A program made the position numbers and the translations under genes. A stretch of DNA of 64,000 nucleotides from Verrucomicrobiia bacterium (GTDB lineage Bacteria > Verrucomicrobiota > Verrucomicrobiia > Palsa-1439): positions 213 to 64,212 of the forward strand of contig DATJWQ010000058.1 of the NCBI GenBank assembly GCA_035501175.1, in the 5' to 3' direction. The notes beneath the pieces were generated by a model, which saw only the letters and a program-made list of their open reading frames with translations, did not search any database and was not told the origin of the DNA. Each line of letters begins with the position of its first letter. Positions within the stretch are counted from its first letter, which is position 1. This document shows, in pieces, positions 54,610 through 64,000 of this stretch.

Positions 54610-57600
54610 ATGTGGATTGTCCGACTAGCCCTGCGCCGTCCGTACACGTTTGTGGTGGCCTCGCTGCTGTTGATATTGTTGACACCGTTCATTCTGTTGC
54701 GCACGCCAACGGATATCTTCCCGTCCATTAACATTCCTGTCGTCAGCATTCTGTGGAACTACACGGGTCTGAGCGCGGTCGATATGGAGCAGCGGATGGT
54801 GTACAACGAGGAGCGCGCGCTGACCACCACGGTCAACAACATCGAGCACATCGAGTCCAACTCGTATAACGGGATCGGGATTATCAAGGTGTTCTTTCGT
54901 CCCGGGACTTCCGTGGATGCCGGCGTGGCGCAAATCACCGCGGTTTCACAGACCGTCTTGCGAATGATGCCGCCCGGCACGACGCCACCGCTGATCATCC
55001 AATACAACGCTTCCACCGTGCCAATCCTTCAGTATGGGGTTAGTGGCAAGGGGATGTCGGAACAGGAGATTTTTGACACCGCCGTAAACCAGGTTCGCGT
55101 CGGCTTGATTACCGTGCAAGGAGCCGCGATTCCCTGGCCATACGGCGGCAAACAACGCCTCGTGTCAGTCGATCTCGATCTGAAGGCTCTGGAGGCGTAC
55201 AACCTGTCCCCGGAAGATGTCGTGAACGCCGTCAATGCGCAGAACCTAGTTCTGCCGAGCGGCACGGCGAAGATCGGGCCGATGGAATACGACATCGATC
55301 TGAACACGAGTCCCAAGGCGCTGAATCGACTCAACGATCTGCCGATCAAGACGATCAACGGGGCGGTCATCCATATACGCGACGTGGCGCAGGTCCGCGA
55401 CGGTTATGTGCCGCAGCAGAACGTTGTCCGCCAGGACGGTGTGCGCAGCGTCCTGATCAGCATTCTCAAGACCGGGTCCGCCTCGACACTAACCGTTGCC
55501 GCGGGCGTCAAACAGGCCATGACGGCGGTGCTGAAAACGGTGACGGACAAGCTTGTCGTGAAGGAATTTGCCGATCAATCCATCTTTGTTCGCGCCGCCG
55601 TTTCCGGGGTGGTGCGGGAGGGCGTCATTGCCGCCTGCCTAACCGCGATCATGATCCTGCTGTTTCTCGGTTCCTGGCGGGGCACCGTGATAATTGCCCT
55701 GTCCATCCCGCTTTCGATCCTGGTATCGCTGACCTGTCTCAGCGCGCTGGGCGAGACAATCAACCTGATGACCCTGGGCGGATTGGCCCTGGCGGTCGGC
55801 ATACTGGTGGACGACGCGACGGTCGAACTGGAGAACGTCCATCGACAGATGGCGCTGGGCAAGCCCGTTGTCCAGGCGATCCTTGATGGCGCGCAGGAGA
55901 TTGCGCTTCCGGCCTTTGTGTCCACGCTGTGCATTTGCATCGTGTTCGTGCCAATGTTCTTTCTCACGGGCGTGGCGCGGTACCTGTTTGTGCCATTGGC
56001 GGAGGCGGTGGTGTTTGCCATGCTGGCGAGCTACGCGTTGTCGCGGACGCTGGTGCCGACCCTGGTGATGTGGTTCTATCGCCACCACGCGTATCACGGT
56101 CACGCAGCGGATCCGGAGAAAGCCCCGCCACTTGTGCGCCCGTTCGTGAGATTGCAGGACCGGTTTGAGAAAGGATTTGATCGGCTGCGGGAAGGCTACC
56201 GTGGATTGTTGGGCGTCGTCTTCGAGCACCGCGGGATGTTTGCACTCGTATTCCTGGCGTTTTGCCTCGGGTCGTGCCTGATCATCCCTTTGCTGGGACA
56301 GGATTTCTTTCCCTCAGTGGACGCGGGAACGTTTCGGTTGCATGTCCGTGCGCGCAGTGGGACGCGGATTGAGGAGACCGCGAAGTTCATCGATGAGATC
56401 GAGGCTGCCATTCGGCGAGAGATTCCGCCCGAGGACCTGCATGGCATTCTCGACAACATCGGCCTGCCGAATTCCAGCATCAATCTCAGCTACAGCGACA
56501 ACGGGGTGGTCGGTCCGGGGGACGCAGACATCATGGTGTCGTTGAAGGAAGGTCACCAGCCGACTGCACAATATGTTCAGCGATTGCGGCTGCGGCTGAA
56601 CCGGGACTTTCCCGGGGCCATCTTTTACTTTCTGCCGGCCGATATTGTCAGCCAGACGATCAACTTCGGTTTGCCCGCGCCGCTCGACATTCAGGTTGTT
56701 GGCCGGAACCAGGGCCAGAACCGGGAGGTTGCCGAGCGATTGGCGGCGAGAATTCGGCACGTGCCGGGTGCGGTGGACGTGCGCATCCAACAGCCCTCGG
56801 ATCGCCCCAAACTGGAATTCGCGGTCGATCGCGACAAGGCGTCGGAAATCGGGTTGACCGAGAGCGACATTGCGAACTCGGTCCTGCTGAACCTGAGCGG
56901 CAGCAGCCAGGTATCGCCGTCATACTGGGTCAACTTCGGCGTGGGTGTGCAGTATCTGGTGAACATCCGCGCGCCGGAGTATCGGATGGATTCGGTCAAC
57001 GCGCTGAATTCCATGCAGGTTAGCGCGAGCCAGCCTGGTGTGGGGAACGGACAATTGCTCGCCAACGTCGCGTCGTTCGAGCGCACGAACGGACCGCCCG
57101 TGATTTCGCACTACAACGTGATGCCTGTGATCGATGTGTATGCCGGGGTGAGCGGGCGGGACCTGGGGGGCGTGCTGCGAGATGTCGAACCACTGATCAG
57201 GCAGGCGGAAAGCGAGTTGCCTCGCGGCAGTTCGATTCTCGTGCGTGGTCAGGCGGAAACGATGCATTCCAGTTTCATCGGGCTGAGCATTGGTCTGGTG
57301 ATGGCGATTGCGCTGATTTACCTGCTGCTCGTCGTCAATTTCCAGAGCTGGCTCGATCCATTCATCATCATCACGGCGCTTCCGGGCGCGCTCGCGGGCG
57401 TGGTCTGGGCGTTGCATTTGACTGTTACCCCCACCAGCGTTCCGGCGTTGATGGGAGCGATCATGAGCCTTGGTGTGGCCACGGCGAACTCGGTACTGGT
57501 GGTCACATTTGCGCGGAACAATCTCCATCGCGGGCTTGACCCGATTCAGGCGGCTTGGGAGGCCGGTGTCGGCCGATTGCGTCCGGTGCTAATGACGGCG

Positions 57601-57834
57601 CTGGCGATGATCATTGGCATGCTGCCGATGGCACTGGGCCTCGGCGAAGGCGGCGAACAGAATGCGCCGCTGGGGCGGGCCGTCATTGGAGGTCTGGTGA
57701 TCGCAACGGTTGCCACGTTGTTTTTCGTTCCCGTCGTATTCAGCCTGCTGCGAAGACGCGCGGAAGAACCCGATCCGGCAGAGATGGCGCTGTTGCAACC
57801 GCAGGGCGCGGCCGCGACAACAGCCCGCATATGA
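54610..57834 (+). CDS. RND efflux permease (AcrB/AcrD/AcrF family)
   Basis: MWIVRLALRRPYTF, GGLALAVGILVDDATVELEN, RLRPVLMT, PLGRAVIGG; 1074 aa. Confidence 0.95.
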   Translation: MWIVRLALRRPYTFVVASLLLILLTPFILLRTPTDIFPSINIPVVSILWNYTGLSAVDMEQRMVYNEERALTTTVNNIEHIESNSYNGIGIIKVFFRPGTSVDAGVAQITAVSQTVLRMMPPGTTPPLIIQYNASTVPILQYGVSGKGMSEQEIFDTAVNQVRVGLITVQGAAIPWPYGGKQRLVSVDLDLKALEAYNLSPEDVVNAVNAQNLVLPSGTAKIGPMEYDIDLNTSPKALNRLNDLPIKTINGAVIHIRDVAQVRDGYVPQQNVVRQDGVRSVLISILKTGSASTLTVAAGVKQAMTAVLKTVTDKLVVKEFADQSIFVRAAVSGVVREGVIAACLTAIMILLFLGSWRGTVIIALSIPLSILVSLTCLSALGETINLMTLGGLALAVGILVDDATVELENVHRQMALGKPVVQAILDGAQEIALPAFVSTLCICIVFVPMFFLTGVARYLFVPLAEAVVFAMLASYALSRTLVPTLVMWFYRHHAYHGHAADPEKAPPLVRPFVRLQDRFEKGFDRLREGYRGLLGVVFEHRGMFALVFLAFCLGSCLIIPLLGQDFFPSVDAGTFRLHVRARSGTRIEETAKFIDEIEAAIRREIPPEDLHGILDNIGLPNSSINLSYSDNGVVGPGDADIMVSLKEGHQPTAQYVQRLRLRLNRDFPGAIFYFLPADIVSQTINFGLPAPLDIQVVGRNQGQNREVAERLAARIRHVPGAVDVRIQQPSDRPKLEFAVDRDKASEIGLTESDIANSVLLNLSGSSQVSPSYWVNFGVGVQYLVNIRAPEYRMDSVNALNSMQVSASQPGVGNGQLLANVASFERTNGPPVISHYNVMPVIDVYAGVSGRDLGGVLRDVEPLIRQAESELPRGSSILVRGQAETMHSSFIGLSIGLVMAIALIYLLLVVNFQSWLDPFIIITALPGALAGVVWALHLTVTPTSVPALMGAIMSLGVATANSVLVVTFARNNLHRGLDPIQAAWEAGVGRLRPVLMTALAMIIGMLPMALGLGEGGEQNAPLGRAVIGGLVIATVATLFFVPVVFSLLRRRAEEPDPAEMALLQPQGAAATTARI

Positions 57835-59066
57835 GGAATCTTGTTATGAACGCATCCAATACCCTGACACAGTCCACGGAGAAAACCGCCCCTTCCCCGC
57901 CACTGCCGCCGCCTGGGCACCCAACAACTTCGCCTGTGAAACTGTCCCGGGTGGCAACGGTTGTCGGCGTGCTGGTGGTGATCTTATTCTTCGCCGGATT
58001 CATCCCGCGCTGGCACCAACGCAACGTGGTCCGTGCGGAGACGGTGGAACTGGCGACGCCGTCGGTTGCCATCGTGAGACCCAAACCGAGTCAGGCCGCG
58101 GCGGGGCTCCTGTTGCCGGCGGAAGTGCGGCCGTGGCTGGAGGCCCCGATTTATTCCCGCGCCAACGGCTATCTGAAGCGCTGGCTGGTTGACATCGGGG
58201 CGCACGTGGAAGCCGGGCAACTCCTGGCGGAAGTTGACACGCCCGAATTGGACCAGCAACTCGATCAGGCGCGAGCCCAGCTTGCGGAATCCGAGGCAGC
58301 GCTGGCACTGGCCAAGACCACGGCGGAGCGCTGGGCGGATTTGTTGAAGACTGCCAGCGTGAGCGAACAGGAAAACGCGGAGAAGCAGGCCGATTTCAAG
58401 CTGAAATCCGCTACCGTGGAAGCCGATCGGGCCAACGTCCATCGCCTGGAAGAGCTGCAGTCGTTCGAGCGGATCACCGCGCCGTTTGCGGGAACGATCA
58501 CGGCCCGCAACACGGACGTCGGCGACCTGATCACGGCGGGCAGCGGACCAGAACTGTTCCATCTTGCGCAGACGAGGACACTACGCGTGTACGTGCGCGT
58601 TCCGCAAAGCGCATCGCGCGGCATCGTGTCCGGCCAATTGGCGGACCTGATCATCCCTGAAGCGCCGGGCAAGAAGTACACCGCAACCGTGACGAGCACA
58701 TCCGGGGCAATGGCGACGGATTCGCGGACGCTGCTGACGGAATTGCAGGTGGACAACCCGAAGGAGGAGATTCTGCCGGGGAGCTACGGTCAGGTGCGGT
58801 TTCTCGATCCGCAGGTCAGCAATGTTTTGACCCTGCCGTCAAACACGCTGTTGTTCCGCGCGGAGGGGCTGCAGGTCGGCGTCGTTGGCGCGGACGACAA
58901 AGTCGATCTGCGGAAAGTAGAAATCGGCCGGGATTTTGGACAAACGGTCGAGGTGCTCGCTGGTGTCGACGCCTCGGACCGGGTGATCGTCAATCCGTCT
59001 GATTCGCTCGTGAGCGGCACCGCGGTGAGGATCGCCGAGACGCCGCAAGCGCCGAAAGCTCCATGA
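57831..59066 (+). CDS. RND periplasmic adaptor (membrane fusion protein)
   Basis: N-terminal TM, lipoyl-like IYSRANGYLK...VDIG, APFAGTITARN, LPGSY; start 57831 or 57846. Confidence 0.92.
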   Translation: MRNLVMNASNTLTQSTEKTAPSPPLPPPGHPTTSPVKLSRVATVVGVLVVILFFAGFIPRWHQRNVVRAETVELATPSVAIVRPKPSQAAAGLLLPAEVRPWLEAPIYSRANGYLKRWLVDIGAHVEAGQLLAEVDTPELDQQLDQARAQLAESEAALALAKTTAERWADLLKTASVSEQENAEKQADFKLKSATVEADRANVHRLEELQSFERITAPFAGTITARNTDVGDLITAGSGPELFHLAQTRTLRVYVRVPQSASRGIVSGQLADLIIPEAPGKKYTATVTSTSGAMATDSRTLLTELQVDNPKEEILPGSYGQVRFLDPQVSNVLTLPSNTLLFRAEGLQVGVVGADDKVDLRKVEIGRDFGQTVEVLAGVDASDRVIVNPSDSLVSGTAVRIAETPQAPKAP

Positions 59067-60550
59067 AGATGGCATGCCGTCAACCTCGCGCCGTCGCCTC
59101 GCTGGCACGACTTTGCGCGGTCGGGATGATTGCCGGAGCGGCCGGCTGCGCCGTCGGCCCGGATTACAAGCGTCCGGACGCGGTGGCCAAGATGCCGCCG
59201 ACTTATGCGTACGCAACGAACGGCTGGAAAGTCGCCGAACCACAGGCGCATGTGCCGAAAGGAAACTGGTGGGAGATATTCCGCGATCCGGAATTGAATG
59301 AGCTCGAAGCGCAGGCCTCGGCAGCCAACCAGCAACTGAGGGCCGCGGTGGCCAGCTTCGATCAGGCGCGGGCGGCGGCGGATTTCACGCGGTCGCAACT
59401 CTTCCCGCAGATCGGCATTTCGCCGTCCGTTGTCGCCCATCGCAATTCGGCGAACCAACCATTTGAAGCGCAGCCGGCGGGCGTGACCAACACGTTTCCC
59501 TACGGGGACATCATCGCGCCGCTTAACATGAGCTGGGAGTTGGATTTGTGGGGACGCGTACGGCGCAGCCTCGAATCCGCGAGGGCCCAGCAGCAGGCGA
59601 CTGCTGACGATCTCGAAGCGGTCAAGCTGTCGATTCAGGCTGAAGTGGCGACGGACTATTTTACCCTGCGGGCGCTCGATGCCGACGCCGACCTGCTGAA
59701 GTCGAACATCGACGTGTTCGGCAAATCTTTTGAACTGACCCAGAACCGGCGCACCGGCGGCGTGGCGTCCGACCTCGACGTGGCGCAGGCGGAAACGGTG
59801 TTGCGAACCACCGAGGCCGAGCTGCCGGCCACATTACTTCAGCGCGCGCAATTCGAGCACGCGCTCGCCGTGCTGGCGGGTCAGCCCGCCTCAACATTCG
59901 CGATTGCGCGACGACCGCTCGGCATTCTGCCGCCGGCGATTCCATCAGGGGTGCCGTCGGAATTGCTGGAGCGACGGCCGGACATCGCTGCAGCGGAACG
60001 ACGCATAGCCGCGGCCAACGCGAGCGTCGGCGTGGCGAAGGGCGCATTCTTCCCTGCGATCCAGTTGAACGGCCTGGCGGGGTTTGAAAGCCTGCATCTT
60101 GGTTCGTTGTTCGACTGGCAAAGTCGTTTTTGGTCGCTCGGGCCGTCGTTAACCATGCCGTTGTTCGATGCGGGACAAAACAGCGCCAGCCTCCGCGCGG
60201 CGCGTGCGGGCTACCAACAAGCCGTCGCCAATTATCGTGAGACCGTGCTCGCGGCGTTTCAGGATGTGGAGGACAATCTCGCGGCGCAACTGCTGTTGAC
60301 GAGCCAGAGCGAGGCGGAAGCCGCCGCAGTCGAGGCGGCGCTGAAACAATTCAAGATCGCTGACAACCGGTATCGCGCCGGCTTGGTGACGTTTCTCGAC
60401 GTCGCCACCGCCGAAAACACGGCGCTGGATATCGAGCGCACTGCCGTCCAATTGCGCGGCCAACAGCTTGTCGCCGCCGTGTCGCTCATCCGCTCCCTCG
60501 GTGGCGGCTGGCAGGCTCCCACCTCCCCGTCTTCGGCTGCGAGTCGCTGA
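59063..60550 (+). CDS. Outer-membrane efflux lipoprotein (NodT/OprM family)
   Basis: Lipobox AAGC-AVGPDY, WWEIFRDPEL, SWELDLWGRVR, PSELLERRPDI, LIRSLGGGW. Confidence 0.93.
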   Translation: MKMACRQPRAVASLARLCAVGMIAGAAGCAVGPDYKRPDAVAKMPPTYAYATNGWKVAEPQAHVPKGNWWEIFRDPELNELEAQASAANQQLRAAVASFDQARAAADFTRSQLFPQIGISPSVVAHRNSANQPFEAQPAGVTNTFPYGDIIAPLNMSWELDLWGRVRRSLESARAQQQATADDLEAVKLSIQAEVATDYFTLRALDADADLLKSNIDVFGKSFELTQNRRTGGVASDLDVAQAETVLRTTEAELPATLLQRAQFEHALAVLAGQPASTFAIARRPLGILPPAIPSGVPSELLERRPDIAAAERRIAAANASVGVAKGAFFPAIQLNGLAGFESLHLGSLFDWQSRFWSLGPSLTMPLFDAGQNSASLRAARAGYQQAVANYRETVLAAFQDVEDNLAAQLLLTSQSEAEAAAVEAALKQFKIADNRYRAGLVTFLDVATAENTALDIERTAVQLRGQQLVAAVSLIRSLGGGWQAPTSPSSAASR

Positions 60551-60564
60551 GCGTTTCTGGCGGC

Positions 60565-61434
60565 TCACCACTTGAAATGGTCGAGGCCGTAGATCAACGA
60601 AGCCCCGAGGTAGCCAGCGACGGAAACGAGGATGATCCCGAGCCCCAGGGAGATCCGAAACAGGCGACGGGATTCATCGTTGCGTTGTCGGCGGTGCGCG
60701 GCTTCCAATAACACGACAACCACCAGGGCCCAGAGGGCAGTGGTCGTGCCGAGCCAGCGATGCCATATGAGCACGGAGGCGGAAGTTCCGCGGTAGCTCG
60801 AGAACGCCGCGTCGCACCAGCCAAGCGTCGCGGTCAGCAGGGCGCTGAGCATTCCGAGCCAGATACAGAATCGAACGACGGTCCTCCATGAATCCTTTCC
60901 CGTGAGCAGGAGCAGGAGTTCCGCGGGCATCGCAACGATGAGCAGGGCGATCGGGAAATGCGTCAGGGGCGGATGAAATTGTCCGACGTCACGGATGATT
61001 CGCTGGACGAGGGACAATCGGCGAACCGCGCCGGGGTCAGGAGTCAGTGCGGCGCCTGTATCCGTCCCGGTCAGCGGCAACGCCCCGGTTTCAATCCACG
61101 CCTTGACGATGGCTTTTTCCTCGGCGGTCAATGGCAGCGAATCGCCTTTGGGATCGGGCATTTCGTTGTGCCAGACCATCTGGTACAGCTCGGACTTCTG
61201 CGGGTTGCCCGGCACGATCATTTTGGGATTGGCGGCGACGCGGGCGAGGTCGAGAACGTAGCCGAATTTGCCCTTGGGCCGGGCGATATCGGGGCCGTGG
61301 CATTCCACGCATTTGGCCTGGAAAATGGCGTGGACCTGTACGGCCAGCGAGGGCAACTGGATTTCCGCAGCCGACGCGACTGCGGGCATCGCAAGTAGCG
61401 CCAAAGCCAGAGCCCCGGCGGCGAACAGCTTCAC
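60565..61434 (-). CDS. Planctomycete-type cytochrome c domain fused to a DUF2231-like membrane domain
   Basis: Signal peptide, CVECHG (CxxCH), MP motif, WI..GA; then HPPLTHFP ... WHRW.G TM helices; GTG 61434. Confidence 0.75.
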   Translation of the reverse strand: MKLFAAGALALALLAMPAVASAAEIQLPSLAVQVHAIFQAKCVECHGPDIARPKGKFGYVLDLARVAANPKMIVPGNPQKSELYQMVWHNEMPDPKGDSLPLTAEEKAIVKAWIETGALPLTGTDTGAALTPDPGAVRRLSLVQRIIRDVGQFHPPLTHFPIALLIVAMPAELLLLLTGKDSWRTVVRFCIWLGMLSALLTATLGWCDAAFSSYRGTSASVLIWHRWLGTTTALWALVVVVLLEAAHRRQRNDESRRLFRISLGLGIILVSVAGYLGASLIYGLDHFKW

Positions 61435-61435
61435 G

Positions 61436-61939
61436 TTACTGCCCCGGCGGCGGTGCTGGTGGCGGCGTCGCGGGAGCTCCCGGTGGCGGGCCATGATGTC
61501 TGCCGCTTTCGACGCCCATTTCCTTGTGGCTGGATTCCTTCAACTGCCCGATCTTCTGGATTTCGGCCTTGGCGAGGTCGACCTGGTCGGCGGTGATGGC
61601 CTGGTTCAACGCCTTGATCTCCACGATCAACTTGTTGAGGTCGTTGCGGAACGCGTCCAGATACTTGGTCTGCGGATCACCGGCCAGCTTGGCGGCCTTC
61701 GGCGGAGTGAGCGTCTTCGCGGTCTCGGCGTGCTTCTGCATCTCGGCGACGAGCGCGAGCGTGGAAGTTTTCTGGGACACGTCAGTGTATTGGCGATTCA
61801 CGAGACGGAAGGCATGGTTCATCGCCTCCATCTCGGCGTGAAGCGGTGAATCCTTCTCGCTTTCGGCGAATCCGTTGAGCGGCACGAGCAAAGCGGCCAA
61901 TAATGCAAACAATCCAACACGGTCCATGATGGTTTTCAT
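61436..61939 (-). CDS. Exported cytochrome b562-like four-helix protein with Pro-rich tail
   Basis: Signal peptide, N-terminal LHAEMEAMN (Met ligand candidate), C-terminal KESSHKE (His ligand candidate), no CxxCH. Confidence 0.65.
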   Translation of the reverse strand: MKTIMDRVGLFALLAALLVPLNGFAESEKDSPLHAEMEAMNHAFRLVNRQYTDVSQKTSTLALVAEMQKHAETAKTLTPPKAAKLAGDPQTKYLDAFRNDLNKLIVEIKALNQAITADQVDLAKAEIQKIGQLKESSHKEMGVESGRHHGPPPGAPATPPPAPPPGQ

Positions 61940-62037
61940 AATGTAGTTCCCGATGACGGGCCAATTAATGACTGAATCTTCGCGCCGGCGCAAGCACAAG
62001 TGCAGCAGGCGGAGCACTTGACGACCGAAGAGACTGG

Positions 62038-62330
62038 TTACGGCTGCCACGAGATGAGAAAGCTCCCGTGGCAGCGAGCCTGTTGCGCGGACGCCGTGCT
62101 CGCCGGTTGGTTCGTGGCTGTGGCCGCGGTCCGGTTTGTGGTCGCAACCGGCGGCGCGTCGTGCACCACGATCTGCGTGGGGTCACTCACCGGAATCTGC
62201 GGGCTGCTCCGATAATCTGTCGTGATCAAGCCGGTCACGCATACCCATTTGCCCGTGAATGGCACCTCCGGAGCGGTTGGTCTCGTCAATCCCAACCGAC
62301 AATGACCCTTGTGCCGAGATTCCTCCATTG
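62038..62330 (-). pseudogene. Possible degraded OB-fold protein gene fragment
   Basis: FTGKWVCVTGLITTDYRSSPQIPVSDPTQIVV resembles GKxVxVxGxIxxYxGxPQIxVxxPxQI OB-fold proteins; no convincing N-terminus in frame. Confidence 0.3.
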
Positions 62331-62366
62331 AGGGTCAGGCTACTAAACAGCCACGGGAATGGAAAT

Positions 62367-64000
62367 CTATTGCGCAGTAGCAAGCTCGGAGGCGGTATGG
62401 CGATGGCGCGCCTTGAACCGCTGTCGCATGTGTTCGAAGGCGAGGTAGATCACCGGGGTGGTGTAGAGCGTCAGGACCTGCGAGAAGATCAATCCGCCGA
62501 CAACGGAGATGCCCAGGGGTTGACGCAGTTCCGATCCGGTCCCCAGTCCGATGGCCAGCGGAACGGCGCCAAGCATCGCCGCCAAGGTGGTCATCATGAT
62601 CGGACGAAAACGAATGATGCAGGCCTTGTAGATCGACTCCTCCGGATTCAATCCTTCCGTACGTTCCGCATCCAGCGCGAAGTCGATCATCAGAATGGCG
62701 TTCTTCTTGACAATGCCCATGAGCAGGATGATTCCGATAAAGGACACGAGAGACAGGTCAATGCCGCAGAGCATCAACGCCACCAGCGCGCCGACCCCCG
62801 CCGATGGCAGGGTGGACAGGATCGTGATCGGATGAACCAGGCTCTCGTACAGCATGCCCAACACAATGTACACGGCGATGAGGGCGGCGACGAGCAACAA
62901 GGGCAAGGTGGCCAGCGAGGATTGAAAGACCTGGGCGGTGCCCTGAAAGCTGCCCATGACGCTTTCCGGCATGCGCATCTCTCGCGCCACGTTTTGGATG
63001 ACCTCGGTTGCCTCGCCCAACGAGACGCCCGGGGCGAGATTGAACGACAACGTAACGGCAGGGAACTGGCCCTGGTGATTGACGGACAGGCTCGTGTTGC
63101 TGCTCGTAAACCTGGCGACGCTGCCCAGCGGTACCATTTTGCCCGTATTGGATTTGACGTAAATCTTGTTGAGCGAGGATGGTTCCAGTTGGTCCTTCGG
63201 GTCCACCTCCAGCACAACGTAATGCTCATTGTACTGTTCGTAAATCGTGGCGACCTGACGCTGGCCGAAGGCGTCGTACAGGGTATCGTCGATGCTCTGG
63301 GGAGAGACACCGAGTTGGGAGGCGGCATCGCGGTCGATCACGACATTGGCTTGCAGTCCGTGCGTCTGCTGATCGGTATTAACGTCGCGCAACTGCCGGA
63401 TCTTGCGAAGCCGGTTGAGCAGTTGATTGGACCAGTAATTCAGCGCGCCCAGGTCGGTGGATGTCAGCGAATACTGGTAGAGCGCGGCGGTGAGACGGCC
63501 ACCGGTCCGGAGATCCTGAATGGGCTGCAGCCGCAAGGTAATACCGGGTACGACCGCCGTTTTGCGGCGAAGACGGTCGATAACCTCCCCGACGGATACC
63601 TTTCGTTGCGAGAGCGGCTTGAGGGCGATAAACATGCGACCGTTGTTGAGGGTCGAGCTGCCGGACGCGGCGCCGATAAACGACCCCAGCGTGGCCACTG
63701 CCGGGTCCGCGAGAACAACCTGGGCTGCTTGCGCTTGAAGACGGGCCATGGTGGCGAAGGAAACGTCCTGGGCGGCCTCGGTGGACCCGAACATCATCCC
63801 CGTGTCCTGCTGCGGAAACAGGCCCTTGGGAACGGCGACGTAGAGCCCGACCGTGGTGATGACGGTGAGCCCCCACACCGCGAGGACGAACTTCTGATGA
63901 CGCAGCACCCATTTGAGCCCGGTCTCATAATGCGTGAGCAGCCAGTTGAAAGCGCGTTCACAGACCCGATAAACAGGGCCCGGCGCTCCATACGCGGTTT
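62367..64000 (-). CDS. RND efflux permease, MdtB/MdtC-like (5' end beyond the window)
   Basis: KGLFPQQDTG, LYESLVHPITILSTLPSAGVGA, GIVKKNAILMIDFAL, RFRPIMMTT; frame stays open to the edge. Confidence 0.93.
   Translation of the reverse strand, partial: TAYGAPGPVYRVCERAFNWLLTHYETGLKWVLRHQKFVLAVWGLTVITTVGLYVAVPKGLFPQQDTGMMFGSTEAAQDVSFATMARLQAQAAQVVLADPAVATLGSFIGAASGSSTLNNGRMFIALKPLSQRKVSVGEVIDRLRRKTAVVPGITLRLQPIQDLRTGGRLTAALYQYSLTSTDLGALNYWSNQLLNRLRKIRQLRDVNTDQQTHGLQANVVIDRDAASQLGVSPQSIDDTLYDAFGQRQVATIYEQYNEHYVVLEVDPKDQLEPSSLNKIYVKSNTGKMVPLGSVARFTSSNTSLSVNHQGQFPAVTLSFNLAPGVSLGEATEVIQNVAREMRMPESVMGSFQGTAQVFQSSLATLPLLLVAALIAVYIVLGMLYESLVHPITILSTLPSAGVGALVALMLCGIDLSLVSFIGIILLMGIVKKNAILMIDFALDAERTEGLNPEESIYKACIIRFRPIMMTTLAAMLGAVPLAIGLGTGSELRQPLGISVVGGLIFSQVLTLYTTPVIYLAFEHMRQRFKARHRHTASELATAQ

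Noticed and set aside
1-64000. tRNA, rRNA, integrase, transposase, prophage or defence island
   Set aside because: No tRNA arm motifs, rRNA signatures, or recombinase, transposase or phage structural motifs recognised by eye

Overview
Bacterial chromosomal window, GC-rich and probably Verrucomicrobiota/PVC (inferred from a PEP-CTERM protein, a planctomycete-type cytochrome c domain, a b562-like protein and the style of the attC half-sites). Left to right it holds: (1) housekeeping genes (FHA, DUF1802, aldo/keto reductase, MBL hydrolase, 2Fe-2S ferredoxin, NUDIX, AlgE-like porin, YfgM-like TPR) plus a 39-aa basic protein missing from the ORF track; (2) a minus-strand surface-polysaccharide cluster of about 14 kb (GT4, GDP-mannose 3,5-epimerase-like, two WecG/TagA GTs, WbaP, CapK-like ligase, PHP, HisC-like aminotransferase, bi-domain oxidoreductase, MORN protein, wecB); (3) a lone integron-type gene cassette between attC half-sites, then galE, a GT2/GT-C pair and yjbQ; (4) a xylA-araA-ADH-araB-araD pentose operon with a long structured upstream region; (5) an XRE regulator, a PEP-CTERM protein, a GntR/LacI-hybrid regulator with a clan GH-A hydrolase and a CBM-like protein, and a large secreted protein; (6) a Tat-exported PaoABC/XDH-type molybdoenzyme flanked by DUF1326 and a Cys-rich microprotein; (7) a complete MoxR-DUF58-BatABCDE operon; (8) TetR plus a tripartite RND pump with two matching operators; (9) a heme-protein pair and a partial MdtB/C-like RND gene. 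I saw no rRNA, tRNA, CRISPR array, integrase or transposase. The most interesting non-coding signals are the orphan cassette, two homologous ~80-nt branched hairpin elements (33175-33253 and 38790-38875) with compensatory-looking stems, and a dispersed AAACGAAGCCAA-based element found twice. All family assignments come from motif recognition by eye; no database search was run.
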